A DNA stretch of 61,512 nt, counting the filler, from Nitrospinota bacterium (GTDB lineage Bacteria; JADFOP01), in the NCBI GenBank assembly GCA_022562795.1. It is 3 parts of 3 records of this genome, joined end to end, with 100 filler letters (N's around TTAATTAATTAA, not from the genome) between each part and the next. Parts side by side here need not be neighbours in the genome. Positions count along the whole stretch, not along the records: positions 27,611 to 54,632 come from JADFOP010000029.1; 2 more parts are not named here. One strand, given 5' to 3'. The position numbers were made by a program, and so were the translations under genes. Below the pieces are notes generated by a model. It searched no databases. It saw only the letters and a program-made list of their open reading frames with translations, and had not been told where the DNA came from. Numbering within the stretch: the stretch's first letter is position 1; every line of letters starts with the position of its first letter. This document shows, one piece after another, positions 27,611 through 37,047 of this stretch.

Positions 27611-27811
27611 GAGACAGGTGTGGAGGCGACCCAGGAAGCGTTTCGCACTCGCTTTGTGGAGTCAGGACGGGTCTTCGCTGGCTCGGCCAACTACTTCGTA
27701 CAGGCTGCACCGGTGGAGCACGAGATTACGGATAAAGACGACGCCTACCAGCTGGTCGACAAGGCCTCCCTCTTCGTCGACGAATGTCAGATGGCTTACA
27801 GTCGAATGTAA
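27611..27811 (+). CDS. C-terminal end of a gene cut by the contig start
   Basis: Frame open from the contig edge; helical tail reminiscent of the C-terminal domain of some nitrite/sulfite reductases (weak). Confidence 0.4.
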   Translation, partial: ETGVEATQEAFRTRFVESGRVFAGSANYFVQAAPVEHEITDKDDAYQLVDKASLFVDECQMAYSRM

Positions 27812-27850
27812 GCGGTCGCTTCCCTCAGAAGGAGGCGGCCTTTCTGATGA

Positions 27851-28207
27851 CTACTCCTCTCGCCTTTTGTTCTGAGAACGGCTGAAGCCAATTTGATACC
27901 GCTCCGAGACGAGTACCAAAAGTGTCCCGACAATCATCCCGATGAGAAATCCATACGGCAGCCCAACCGCTATCAACCCTACTAACAGAGCGATTGAGAA
28001 GTGAGCCCTTGGATAGACGATGTCTCCTATTAACCTCATCAGGGTCAATCCTTCAAAAAATAAGATAACCCCTAAAATAGGAAGGGGAAAGATCGTGATG
28101 ATCCCGTTAAAACTGCCACTAAAGAAAAGCCCCAACAATAGATACATGGAGCCGTTAATAATAACGGAGCCTCCCGTCCGCCCTCCGAACGCATAATGCC
28201 CAGCCAT
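27851..28207 (-). pseudogene. C-terminal fragment of a MOT1-like molybdate/sulfate transporter
   Basis: MAGHYAFGGRTGGS motif and TM helices; N-terminal part absent. Confidence 0.65.
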
Positions 28208-28267
28208 GCTACATGCGCCGGGAGAACGGCGCCTGCATTTACCATTTGTGTATAATCAACTCTTATT

Positions 28268-28332
28268 AACTTTTATGGGTTTTTCCGGGTTATTTTTCCG
28301 CGAATTTCCGCATTTCTCACTTTTTTCGGCGT
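28268..28332. repeat. ~10-bp-periodic GGAAAWTCGC / A-tract array (reverse orientation)
   Basis: Reverse complement reads GAAAATGCGGAAATTCGCGGAAAAATAACCCGGAAAAA. Confidence 0.55.
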
Positions 28333-28378
28333 TCCAAAGGCGTCAGCGGGTGGCTGACGGGGCTTACTTGGTAGAGGG

Positions 28379-29110
28379 TCAGTCTGCGCAGACGACCTGG
28401 AACGGCGTCTCGCTGAGGAGTTCGCCCATGCGGTCGACGGTGTCCTTTCTCTCGGGTGATGAGGCCTTGGTGCAGTAGAGGAACCATCGGGCTCCAGGAG
28501 GGCCCTTGCCGAGGTATGACTCGGGCGCGCTCACCACCTGGGCGATGACCTCAGGCGAGATTATCCCACCCATGGCCAGGCCCGTAAGGGCCGTGACCCT
28601 CTCTGGGCGGTGGACGCTCAGCTCGTCCATGGCCTTGCCCACCGCCTCCATCCCCACCACCACCACAACGTGGGTGGCGAAGGGAGGAATCACAGGCTCG
28701 TTGTCGGCTGGCGCCTTGAAGGGCCTGCGGCGGGCGCCGCAGCACTCAAGCACGAATAGGTCGGCCAGCCCCGCCTCGTGGAGACCCTCCAGGGTTTCTA
28801 CAGGCACCCCGAGCATTTTGTCTCGGCGCTCTTCCGTCCCGAAGAGGACGACTTGGCCGGTGGCGGCGAAGGTTTCCCTCAGGTGGGACTCGAGGTCGGA
28901 AATCTCTTCTGCGACCACCACGGCTCGGTCGGGGGCGGGGGAGACCATCTGGGCGGTGACGGTGCTTGAGCAGAGGGTCTTCCATCCCCGCTCCGCCGCC
29001 TCGCCGGCCAGACGGTAAAGCAAGGTCGTCTTGCCCCCGCTGCCGCAGATGGCCACGACGCTGCCGAGGGTGACGCCGAAGCGGTCTATCAGGCTAGCAG
29101 CGCCTCCCAT
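28379..29110 (-). CDS. yqeC: YqeC-family selenium/molybdenum cofactor accessory protein
   Basis: GSGGKTT, STT-like motif, E..GARRRPFKAP...EP.IP and VHRPE. Confidence 0.85.
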   Translation of the reverse strand: MGGAASLIDRFGVTLGSVVAICGSGGKTTLLYRLAGEAAERGWKTLCSSTVTAQMVSPAPDRAVVVAEEISDLESHLRETFAATGQVVLFGTEERRDKMLGVPVETLEGLHEAGLADLFVLECCGARRRPFKAPADNEPVIPPFATHVVVVVGMEAVGKAMDELSVHRPERVTALTGLAMGGIISPEVIAQVVSAPESYLGKGPPGARWFLYCTKASSPERKDTVDRMGELLSETPFQVVCAD

Positions 29111-29736
29111 TAGGAGTTCCGGCCCCCCGCGTGGGGCAAATCCCCGGCTCCCTCAAGGGTGCGAGCGAGGATATTGGCCTCTTGCAGATCGTCCATTCGG
29201 TTGATGTTGAAGAAGCTTCGCCACTCGGGGTCGAGGTCGGTGAGCTCGGCGCCCTCTACCATTCGTACATTTATCCGCGAAACGAGGTCGGCCAGCTTCA
29301 GCTGCCCGGCGGCGATGCCCTCTTCGATGGCCGGCAGGCAGCGCTTCGTGTAGACGGAGTGAAGGGGTTGAAGGCCGTCGGGACTCTTGGGGACTACCGC
29401 ATCGGCACCGGAGGCCAACTCTGCCAGGTAGCGGATGAGCCGAGGGTTTAAGAAGGGCATATCGCAGGCGCAGAGGAAACAGGCCTCGCCTGAGGAGTAT
29501 GACAGCGCGGCGTGGAGGCCTCCCAGAGAGTCGTTGCCCGGCAACAGGTCTGTGTGGATGGGGAAGCCGAGGTGAGCGTAGGGCTCGGGCCGGGTGGTGA
29601 CGATGAAAACCTCATCAAAGAGGCCCCGAAGGACCTTCAGGGCCCGCTCGATGATGGGGATTCCGCCCACCTCTACAAAGGCCTTGTTAAGGCCCATCCT
29701 TTTTGACTCACCTCCCGCCAAAATCGCCCCGGTCAC
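29110..29736 (-). CDS. mobA: molybdenum cofactor guanylyltransferase
   Basis: LAGGESKRMG..KA, CDMPF, QPLH..Y and FFNIN. Confidence 0.9.
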   Translation of the reverse strand: MTGAILAGGESKRMGLNKAFVEVGGIPIIERALKVLRGLFDEVFIVTTRPEPYAHLGFPIHTDLLPGNDSLGGLHAALSYSSGEACFLCACDMPFLNPRLIRYLAELASGADAVVPKSPDGLQPLHSVYTKRCLPAIEEGIAAGQLKLADLVSRINVRMVEGAELTDLDPEWRSFFNINRMDDLQEANILARTLEGAGDLPHAGGRNS

Positions 29737-29780
29737 TGAGAAGTCCCCCTTCCGGCATCACCGAGGGGTAAGGATCCGGC

Positions 29781-30119
29781 TTATGCCGTTGCTCCAGAGG
29801 CCCACTCCTTCGTGACCCAGGTGTAAGCCGCTATTGTCCCGGGCAGGCCAAGGGTGGGCAGAGCGAGGGCAACAACGTGCTCTACGTCGGCCGGGTCGAG
29901 GCCATCGGAACGGGCCTTCCTGACCTGGCCTCGCGCGCCCCCTTCGAGCTGGGCCCCAACGGCAATGGCCAACTTGACCAAGCGCCGGGTCTTGTCGTCC
30001 AGAGGACCGGCCCGGTGGCAAGCGTCTCCAAGACCTTCGTATTGGCTCCAAATTTCCGGGTACTTCTCACTGAACTCCTGAAGCGCAGGTGGGATACCGC
30101 TTGCTTTGCTTGATGACAT
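29781..30119 (-). CDS. carboxymuconolactone decarboxylase family protein
   Basis: GPLDDKTRRLVKLAIA..PTLGLP pattern. Confidence 0.8.
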   Translation of the reverse strand: MSSSKASGIPPALQEFSEKYPEIWSQYEGLGDACHRAGPLDDKTRRLVKLAIAVGAQLEGGARGQVRKARSDGLDPADVEHVVALALPTLGLPGTIAAYTWVTKEWASGATA

Positions 30120-30352
30120 AGGTCGCCTCCTTCTTGTCGAAAGAAATCAGCCTCACCTTGGCCAATGGGTAGGGGAAGAGACGTAGCACTCCTGGGTGTT
30201 GATCGTAGGAGCTCCAACCCCTCCTGATTGGCTATTATACCCCAAGTCTGGGGCATTGACCGCGGAATCAAGGCGCAAGAAGTCGTCGAAGCGGACCTGA
30301 AGCCGACTCTCCCATCTATTGCCTTAATTCTTCATTTAAAAAAGAGGTTACG

Positions 30353-30396
30353 CCTTGACTAAAGTCAAGGTTCCAGTTGGACGGGGAGCCTAGATT
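30353..30396 (+). promoter_or_regulatory. Crp/Fnr (HcpR-type) box and class II promoter
   Basis: Palindrome CCTTGAC-TAAA-GTCAAGG; TAGATT -10 element places the box centre at about -41.5. Confidence 0.75.
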
Positions 30397-30556
30397 GAAA
30401 GGTGGAGGATGCATGAAGGCATCCAAGACCACACTAAAGGCTCCACGATGACTTTTCCCTATTTGATTGTCCAATGTCGCACGAGGAACAATCGTTGCAC
30501 AAATCGCTCGACCATAGAGCGGTTCCGAGCCCCCAAAGAAGGGAGGGTAGCTGCTT

Positions 30557-31159
30557 ATGGCTGAAAAACGCTACGCGATGGTGATCGACCTCAACCGTTG
30601 CATCGGCTGCCACGCCTGTTCGGTAGCCTGCAAGGCTGAGTTCGACGTCCCAGTGGGGGTCTGGCGGAGCTGGGTCACCTACGGTGAGAGAGGGACATAC
30701 CCCGACGCAGTCCTCTCTTTCCTCCCGCGGCTCTGCAACCACTGCGAAGATGCCCCCTGCATTCCCGTTTGCCCCACTGGGGCTACCTACCAGCGCGACG
30801 ACGGGGTGGTGGTCATCAAGGAGGAGCGGTGTATAGGCTGCGGCTACTGTGTCGAGGCTTGCCCGTACGAGATGAGGTTTCTCCACCCAGAGACGAAGGT
30901 CGCCTCGAAGTGCGACTTCTGTGTCCATCGAGTCGATCAGGGGCTCGAGCCTGCCTGCGTGCAGACCTGTCTCGGTACAGCCCGCATCTTCGGTGACATG
31001 AACGACCCCAACAGCGAGGTGTCACAGATCCTGAAGAAGGAGAAGGTCCACCAGATACGGCCCGACTTTGGGACCGATCCGAGGGTCTTCTACGTTGACC
31101 CTGACCCCACATTGCTGGACGTCTTCAAGCGTACAGCGCCCCAAGAGGAGGTGGTATAG
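30557..31159 (+). CDS. 4x[4Fe-4S] electron-transfer subunit (PsrB/TtrB/ArrB/NrfC-like)
   Basis: CIGCHACSVAC, CNHCEDAPC, CIGCGYCVEACP and KCDFC. Confidence 0.93.
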   Translation: MAEKRYAMVIDLNRCIGCHACSVACKAEFDVPVGVWRSWVTYGERGTYPDAVLSFLPRLCNHCEDAPCIPVCPTGATYQRDDGVVVIKEERCIGCGYCVEACPYEMRFLHPETKVASKCDFCVHRVDQGLEPACVQTCLGTARIFGDMNDPNSEVSQILKKEKVHQIRPDFGTDPRVFYVDPDPTLLDVFKRTAPQEEVV

Positions 31160-31161
31160 CC

Positions 31162-32079
31162 GTGAAACCAACAATCGTCTACGAGGTGTTTCACCCCATC
31201 TCCTGGGGGATTGAGATCGTAGCGGACTTCTTCCTCGTAGGGCTGGCGGTCGGCGCCTTCCTCCTGTCTGCGGGCATCAAACTCTACTACGGACCGAACA
31301 GAGTTCTGCCGGAGGAGTATAGGAAAATCTGCAGGATCGGAGCCTACATCGCCCTCGTCGGATTGGTCTTGGGCAGCGCCTTCCTCATAGGCCACCTGGG
31401 CCGTCCCGAGCGTTTCTTCACGCTATTTTACCGCTTCCAGGTCACCTCGGTGCTCGCGTGGGGCGCGTGGATTAAGCTCGGCTTCACCATCTTCGCGCTC
31501 TGGTATGCGCTGCTCTGGTGGCGCGACCGCCCAGGGGAGGCCCGGAAGCGTCTGGTGGTCGGCGTGGTCGGCTCGGTCTTTGCCTTAGCCCTGGGGATGT
31601 ACCACGGGATCCTCAGGACGGTGCTGAAAGCCAGCGCGCTTTGGAACGCCGGTCCCACAACGGTGGTCTCCATTCTGGGGTTCGTCCTTACGGGCATCGC
31701 CGCCGTGACCCTGGTCATCGCCTTGCGCCGGCGGGGCGATGTGGCGCTCAAGGCCATCCTTGCCGTTCGGTGGATCTTCGGCCTGGCCATCATCGCCCAG
31801 CTCTTTACCGTGCTGTTGTGGCTATTTACCCTCTATACGGGGCCCCATGACGCCAAAGCTGCAGCCCAGGTCCTGATGGACCGCTTCCCGCTTCTGCTTT
31901 GGGGCGGGGCCATCGGGTTGGGCCTAATCCTGCCGCTGGCCCTCGGCCTCTACGCCATCGTCCATGAGCGCAAGGATCCACGGCTAAGCGTGGCCATCCC
32001 GGCGGTGGCCGCGGCGCTCGTGCTCGTCGGTGGGTTCATCCTCCGCTACGTCATCGTCGTAGCCGGGCAATTGAGCTAG
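31162..32079 (+). CDS. NrfD/PsrC-family membrane anchor
   Basis: WG..I..FF..GL, HLGRPERF, S.LAWG and GG.ILRY; about 8 TM helices. Confidence 0.9.
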   Translation: MKPTIVYEVFHPISWGIEIVADFFLVGLAVGAFLLSAGIKLYYGPNRVLPEEYRKICRIGAYIALVGLVLGSAFLIGHLGRPERFFTLFYRFQVTSVLAWGAWIKLGFTIFALWYALLWWRDRPGEARKRLVVGVVGSVFALALGMYHGILRTVLKASALWNAGPTTVVSILGFVLTGIAAVTLVIALRRRGDVALKAILAVRWIFGLAIIAQLFTVLLWLFTLYTGPHDAKAAAQVLMDRFPLLLWGGAIGLGLILPLALGLYAIVHERKDPRLSVAIPAVAAALVLVGGFILRYVIVVAGQLS

Positions 32080-32098
32080 AGAAAGGAGGTAAAGGACA

Positions 32099-34543
32099 AT
32101 GCGACTCTCTAGACGTGATTTCCTCCGGCTCGGGATGGCAACGGCGGGGATGGCCGCAGTACCCGTGAATCCCGCCTTCTTGCTGGCGGCCGATGCTCCC
32201 GCCCCGGTGACGGGTGTCTCGTCCCACACGGGCCGCAAGCTCAAGGCCGTCCCGAGCGCATGCTGGCAGTGCGTATGTCGTTCCTCCATCGTCGGCTATG
32301 TCGAGAACGGCCGCCTGCTCAAAGTCGACGGCAACCCCAACTCCCAGCGCACCCGGGGCCGCATCTGCGCCAAGGGCCAAGCCGCCCCGAATTTCCTCTA
32401 CGACCCCGACCGGATCCTCTACCCCATGAGGCGGGTCGGCCCGAGGGGCTCAGGAAAGTGGAAGCGTATCAGCTGGGATGAGGCCCTGGACGAAATCGCC
32501 GGGCGGCTGAAGAAGCTGCGCGACGAGGGCCATCCGGAGCGCTTCATGTTCCACTACGGCCGGATGAAGGCCTCTAGCTCGACAATAATCAAGAGCTACT
32601 TCCTGCCGGCCTACGGCACCAAGACCATCGGAAATCACACATCCATATGCGAGGGGGGCAAGTGGACCGCCCAGGAGCTCACCTGGGGCAAGCACTACGA
32701 CGTCAACGATGTGGCCCGCTCCAAGTACATCGTAGTCATGGGCTCCAACCCCCTCGAGGCCCACACCTCCCATGAAGTAATCGCCCAGCGGATCGTTGAG
32801 GCCCGGGCCAAGGGGGCCGGGATGGTGACGTTCGACGTGCGGCTTAGCAACACTGCCGCCGTCAGCGACAAGTGGTACCCCGTCAAGCCCGGCACCGACG
32901 GGGCCGTAGCCCTCGCGATGGCCCACGTCCTTATGAAGGACGGCCTCTACGACGAGAAGTTCATCGACAAGTGGACCAACGTGACGGTCCGGGAGCTCAA
33001 GGACCACCTGGCCCGCTACACCCCCGAGTGGGCCGAGGGCGTCAGCGGCGTGCCGGCCAGCGAGATCCGGGCCGTGGCCCGGGCATACGGCACGAAGAAG
33101 CCCTCGACCATCATCAGCTACCGGGGCGTGGTGGCCCACTACAACGGGGTGGAGAACGAGCGGATCATCCAGATGCTCGAGGCCATCGCGGGCAACATCG
33201 ACGTTCCGGGGGGACGGACAAAACCGGCGGGCCCCAAGTGGAAGAACTCCTACAAGAAGCCTAAGGGGAAGGCCAAAAAGCTGAAGATTCTCGACGGCAA
33301 GGGCATCGCCTACCCCACCCACCACGTCAGCCACCAGGGCTTCAAAATGATCAAGGACGGCTCCAACGGCCGACCCGAGGTCTACATGTGGTACTGCTAC
33401 AACCCGGTCTACGTCAACGGGGACGTAAAAGAGAACATGGAGGTCCTGAAGGACGAGAAGCTCATCCCCTTCACCGTGGCCGTCGATGTAGCTATGAGCG
33501 AGTCCTCGGCGCTGGCAGACATCATCCTTCCCGATGCCACTTACCTGGAGCGGTGGGACTGGGAGGATATGGTCTCTTACGACAAAACGCCCGAGTACTA
33601 TATCCGCCAGCCGATGGTCAAGCCCCTGGGCGAGGCCCGCGACTTCAAGGATGTCTGCGTCGATCTGGCCCAGCGCATCGGGCCCGATGTGGCCAAGTGG
33701 CTGCCGTTTAAAAGCGCCAAGGAATTCGTCAAGGACGCTTGCGAACACACCAAGGCGGTCAAGGCCGCCGGCGGCTTCCGCTACATGGTTAAGCACGGCA
33801 CCTACGTCGATCACAAAGCCAAGCATCCCTACCGGAGCTACGCCAAGAAGCTCAAGCCGAAAGACCTTCAAGGGACCAACGTTGATAAGAAAACGGGTGT
33901 CGTCTGGAAAGGCAAGCCCGGCCAGGACTACACCAATACGAAGGGTGCCTACAAGAAGTACGTAGGCCAGATGATTGACGGGGTCGCCTATGCGGGCTTC
34001 AAGCCCGACAAGCTCAACAAGAACGGTCTGTTCGAGATCAAGAGCGAATTCCTCGCCAAGAAGGGCTTTGCGGCCATGCCGAGCTGGATGCCCATTCCCG
34101 AACACGAGAGGATGAAGGAGGACGAGCTCATCCTGACCACCTTCAAGGTAAACGTACAGATCCACTCGCGGTCGTCCAACTCCAAGTGGCTCACGGAAAT
34201 CTATCACACCAACCCCGCCTGGATTAACCCGGAGACGGCGGCCCGGCTGGGAATCAAGAACAAAGACCGGATCAAGGTCAAGTCGCATATAGGGGAGATT
34301 ACGACCAAAGCCTACGTCACCCCGAGGATCCACCCCAAGGTCATCGCCATCAGCATGCACTGCGGTCGTTGGGCATACGGCCGCTACGGCAGCGGCAAGA
34401 AGGTCTTCCCAACGGTGAAGGACGACGAGCCGTGGTGGACCGATTTCGGGGTGCATCCCAACTGGATTATCCCCAACGCGCCCGACCCCATCGGCGGTCA
34501 GCAACGCTGGATGGATACGGTGGTCAGCGTCACAAAAGCGTGA
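32099..34543 (+). CDS. TAT-exported bis-MGD molybdoenzyme catalytic subunit (Psr/Ttr/Arr-related branch)
   Basis: SRRDFL TAT motif, CWQCVC..CAKG FS0 region, WKRISWDEAL, HTSIC Cys ligand and ADIILPD..YLER. Confidence 0.9.
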   Translation: MRLSRRDFLRLGMATAGMAAVPVNPAFLLAADAPAPVTGVSSHTGRKLKAVPSACWQCVCRSSIVGYVENGRLLKVDGNPNSQRTRGRICAKGQAAPNFLYDPDRILYPMRRVGPRGSGKWKRISWDEALDEIAGRLKKLRDEGHPERFMFHYGRMKASSSTIIKSYFLPAYGTKTIGNHTSICEGGKWTAQELTWGKHYDVNDVARSKYIVVMGSNPLEAHTSHEVIAQRIVEARAKGAGMVTFDVRLSNTAAVSDKWYPVKPGTDGAVALAMAHVLMKDGLYDEKFIDKWTNVTVRELKDHLARYTPEWAEGVSGVPASEIRAVARAYGTKKPSTIISYRGVVAHYNGVENERIIQMLEAIAGNIDVPGGRTKPAGPKWKNSYKKPKGKAKKLKILDGKGIAYPTHHVSHQGFKMIKDGSNGRPEVYMWYCYNPVYVNGDVKENMEVLKDEKLIPFTVAVDVAMSESSALADIILPDATYLERWDWEDMVSYDKTPEYYIRQPMVKPLGEARDFKDVCVDLAQRIGPDVAKWLPFKSAKEFVKDACEHTKAVKAAGGFRYMVKHGTYVDHKAKHPYRSYAKKLKPKDLQGTNVDKKTGVVWKGKPGQDYTNTKGAYKKYVGQMIDGVAYAGFKPDKLNKNGLFEIKSEFLAKKGFAAMPSWMPIPEHERMKEDELILTTFKVNVQIHSRSSNSKWLTEIYHTNPAWINPETAARLGIKNKDRIKVKSHIGEITTKAYVTPRIHPKVIAISMHCGRWAYGRYGSGKKVFPTVKDDEPWWTDFGVHPNWIIPNAPDPIGGQQRWMDTVVSVTKA

Positions 34544-34559
34544 TATGCTCCGCAACCTG

Positions 34560-34606
34560 GGGGGCAGGGGAGATCGAAAGGGTCCCCCCTGCCCCTTCTT
34601 TTTTTG
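34560..34606 (+). terminator. intrinsic terminator-like hairpin
   Basis: GGGGCAGGGG..CCCCTGCCCC followed by a T run. Confidence 0.6.
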
Positions 34607-34622
34607 GGGAGAATGGGGGAGC

Positions 34623-35264
34623 ATGAACGAGCGGAAAAAGGAGAACGGAAAGGCCGAGGAGGCCCGCGCCCGGGCGGGGCTATATCGGCTCGTGGCCCAG
34701 ATGGTCGCCCAAGAGCCGGATGAGGCGTTCCTACGCGACCTCAACGCCACCGGTTTCCGCGAAACCGTCGCCTCTCTCGGCCTGAGCCCACCGCCCGCAC
34801 CGACCTCAACCGAGGCAGATGTCACCTGTGAGGAGCTGGCGGTCGAGTACGCCCGACTGTTTCTCCTGCCCGGGGCGCCTCTCCATCCATACGAGTCGGT
34901 TCAGCGGGGGGAGGGCCAACTCTGGGGCGAGGCGACTGCCGGAGTCCAGGAGACCTACCTTGAGGCCGGTTTCGAACTGAATCCCGAGGTCCACCATGTC
35001 CCCGATCACCTCGCCGTGGAGCTCGAGTTCATGGCGCACCTGGCCGGCAAGGAAGCTGAGCGGTTGGCGGCCGGCTCGACTGAGGAGGCCGAGGCGCTCC
35101 AGAAGCTCCAGAAATCGTTTCTCCGCAATCACTTAGGAACATGGGCCGTCGCCTTCGCACACACCCTCAAGGCAGAGACGTCCCAGCGATATTTTCAGTT
35201 TCTCGCCGACCTCCTTGAAACGGTCATCAAGTCCGACGCCTATTTCCTCGACGCCCCCTTGTGA
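34623..35264 (+). CDS. TorD/DmsD-family maturation chaperone
   Basis: YARLF, PYES, PDHLAVELEF and HL..W; likely start at 34623. Confidence 0.9.
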   Translation: MNERKKENGKAEEARARAGLYRLVAQMVAQEPDEAFLRDLNATGFRETVASLGLSPPPAPTSTEADVTCEELAVEYARLFLLPGAPLHPYESVQRGEGQLWGEATAGVQETYLEAGFELNPEVHHVPDHLAVELEFMAHLAGKEAERLAAGSTEEAEALQKLQKSFLRNHLGTWAVAFAHTLKAETSQRYFQFLADLLETVIKSDAYFLDAPL

Positions 35265-35422
35265 GCGGGCCGCTCTGGCCGGAGCCGAGGCTCGTCCCTT
35301 CGGCCCCTCCATCATCGCGGCCCCATCTTCGTCTGTGCCTCCAAGGTTGAACTCCGAATCGCCAGAGAGTAGAATGAGATACGAATGCCCGGCCTTGGGC
35401 ATTCGTATCTCGTAGGACGCAC

Positions 35423-36112
35423 ATGGCGACGACATCCCGCGGCCTCAAAACAATCCCCATCTTTGCCGACCTGGAGTCCTCCGACCTGGAACTGCTGGAG
35501 GCTGTTGCGTCTCGACGGACGCTCGGGCGGGGCGAGCATCTCTTCTTCGAGGACGACCCTTCCGTGGGATTTTTCGCGTTAGAGAGCGGGCTCATCAAAA
35601 TCTACAAGATAGCCCCCGACGGCCGGGAGCAGGTGCCCTACTTCATAGGGCCAGGCCAGACCTTCGCCATAGCTTCTCTCTTTGGCGATGGGTTATACAT
35701 GGCCAACGCTGAGGCCGTCGAGCCCTCGAAGCTGTGGCTTATTGCCAAGGCCCCGTTTCTCGACCTGGTGCGGGCTGAGCCGGAGCTGGCCGTCAAGCTG
35801 CTGGCGTATATGGCCCAGTGGATGAAGCGCCTTCTGGCCCTCGTCGAGACCCTCTCGCTCAAGAACGTGGAGGCCCGGCTGGCCGAGTACATTTTAAGCC
35901 GCGCTCATGTGGATGGCCGCCACACCGACGATGGCGACATCTTGCTCACCCTCGATGTGGAAAAAAAGATGATTGCCGCCCATCTGGGCACCATCAGCGA
36001 GACCCTCTCGCGCTCGCTTAGAAAGCTAAAAGACCGGGGCCTCATCCGCGAGGACGGCCCCCTAATCATCATCACAGACCTCGAGGGTCTCCGAAAGATT
36101 GCCGCAGGCTAA
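35423..36112 (+). CDS. Crp/Fnr-family regulator (HcpR/Dnr-like, no Fe-S Cys cluster)
   Basis: cNMP-binding fold; HTH GTISETLSR (E..SR); no Cys residues. Confidence 0.9.
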   Translation: MATTSRGLKTIPIFADLESSDLELLEAVASRRTLGRGEHLFFEDDPSVGFFALESGLIKIYKIAPDGREQVPYFIGPGQTFAIASLFGDGLYMANAEAVEPSKLWLIAKAPFLDLVRAEPELAVKLLAYMAQWMKRLLALVETLSLKNVEARLAEYILSRAHVDGRHTDDGDILLTLDVEKKMIAAHLGTISETLSRSLRKLKDRGLIREDGPLIIITDLEGLRKIAAG

Positions 36113-36157
36113 CGCTCAACCCTCCCGCTCGCCCTTACCTACAAAAACCGCAATCCT

Positions 36158-36199
36158 TTGACTTAAGTCAAGGTGCCTGGCAGACGTGGAGGCTATCCT
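36158..36199 (+). promoter_or_regulatory. second Crp/Fnr (HcpR-type) box and promoter of usp
   Basis: TTGAC-TTAA-GTCAA followed by TATCCT with the same 22-nt spacing as at 30355. Confidence 0.75.
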
Positions 36200-36325
36200 A
36201 CGTTCAGGGAGAGGCTTCTAAGAATGCGCCCGTGCTCAACCGCTCCAAACTAGGACCGCCGGGCCGTTGGATGCAGAGGCCCGGAACGGGCGAAGGCGAA
36301 GGATCCAAGGAAAGGAGGGGGGACG

Positions 36326-36811
36326 ATGTTCAGGAAAATCCTGGTTCCACTGGACGGCTCAAGCTTGGCCGAGAAGGCCCTTCCCGTCGCTGAGGAGGAG
36401 GCCAAGGCCCACGGAGCGAGCATCGTGCTGCTGCGAGTCGTCCATCCAAATTTCTTCGACAAGCCCTTTAGCAAGGCTGAGAAAACCCTCATTGAGAAGT
36501 ACAAGGAGCAGGCGAATAAGTACCTCGCCATCGTGGCGGAGAGAGTTCGGAACGAGGCGGCGGTGAATGTGAATGTTGAGGTCGAGGAAGGTGATCCAGT
36601 GAAAGTCATTCTCGATGTGGCCGAGGCCCAGAAGTGCAGCCTGATCGCAATGACCACCCACGGCTTTTCCGGATTGAGGCATATAACGTTGGGCAGCGTG
36701 GCGAGCAAGGTGGCCAAGGCGGCCAAGGCGCGCGACATTCCTTTGCTGCTAATAAGAACCGCTCCCCTGACCGTCTCGGCAATGGAGGCCGAGGCGGCGG
36801 TTGCTTTTTAA
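36326..36811 (+). CDS. universal stress protein
   Basis: KILVPLDGS and THG.SG....LGSVA. Confidence 0.92.
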   Translation: MFRKILVPLDGSSLAEKALPVAEEEAKAHGASIVLLRVVHPNFFDKPFSKAEKTLIEKYKEQANKYLAIVAERVRNEAAVNVNVEVEEGDPVKVILDVAEAQKCSLIAMTTHGFSGLRHITLGSVASKVAKAAKARDIPLLLIRTAPLTVSAMEAEAAVAF

Positions 36812-36996
36812 GAAAGGCTGGCCGGGTCCTCAGCCGACGCCGAAAGGGAATTGTCCCCTATCCCTGACTCTCACGTCGGGGGAACGATGACGAGGGGCCC
36901 GGCCACAGATAGGAGATAAAACCCATGATCATCTTCGAGTACCGCTTCGACGTCTTGCCGGGCAAGATGGAGGAGTTCCTTTTACGCTCGAAACGC

Positions 36997-37042
36997 CTTC
37001 CCAAGCCGGAGGTCGCGGGTTCGAGACCCGTTGCCCGCTCCA
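36997..37042 (+). mobile_element. 3' fragment of tRNA-Gly(CCC), att-site-like scar
   Basis: TTCCCAA anticodon loop, GGTTCGAGAC T-arm, TGCCCGC-TCCA end; 5' acceptor strand and D-arm absent. Confidence 0.75.
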
Positions 37043-37047
37043 TCTTA

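Noticed and set aside
32099-34543. Selenocysteine recoding prompted by nearby yqeC
   Set aside because: No in-frame TGA; the Mo ligand position is an ordinary Cys codon
32450-34825. 791-aa antisense ORF over the molybdoenzyme gene
   Set aside because: Shadow frame of a GC3-biased gene with no protein motifs; the same applies to most short overlapping ORFs in the track
36960-37042. Intact tRNA-Gly
   Set aside because: No 5' acceptor strand or D-arm, and the anticodon stem does not pair
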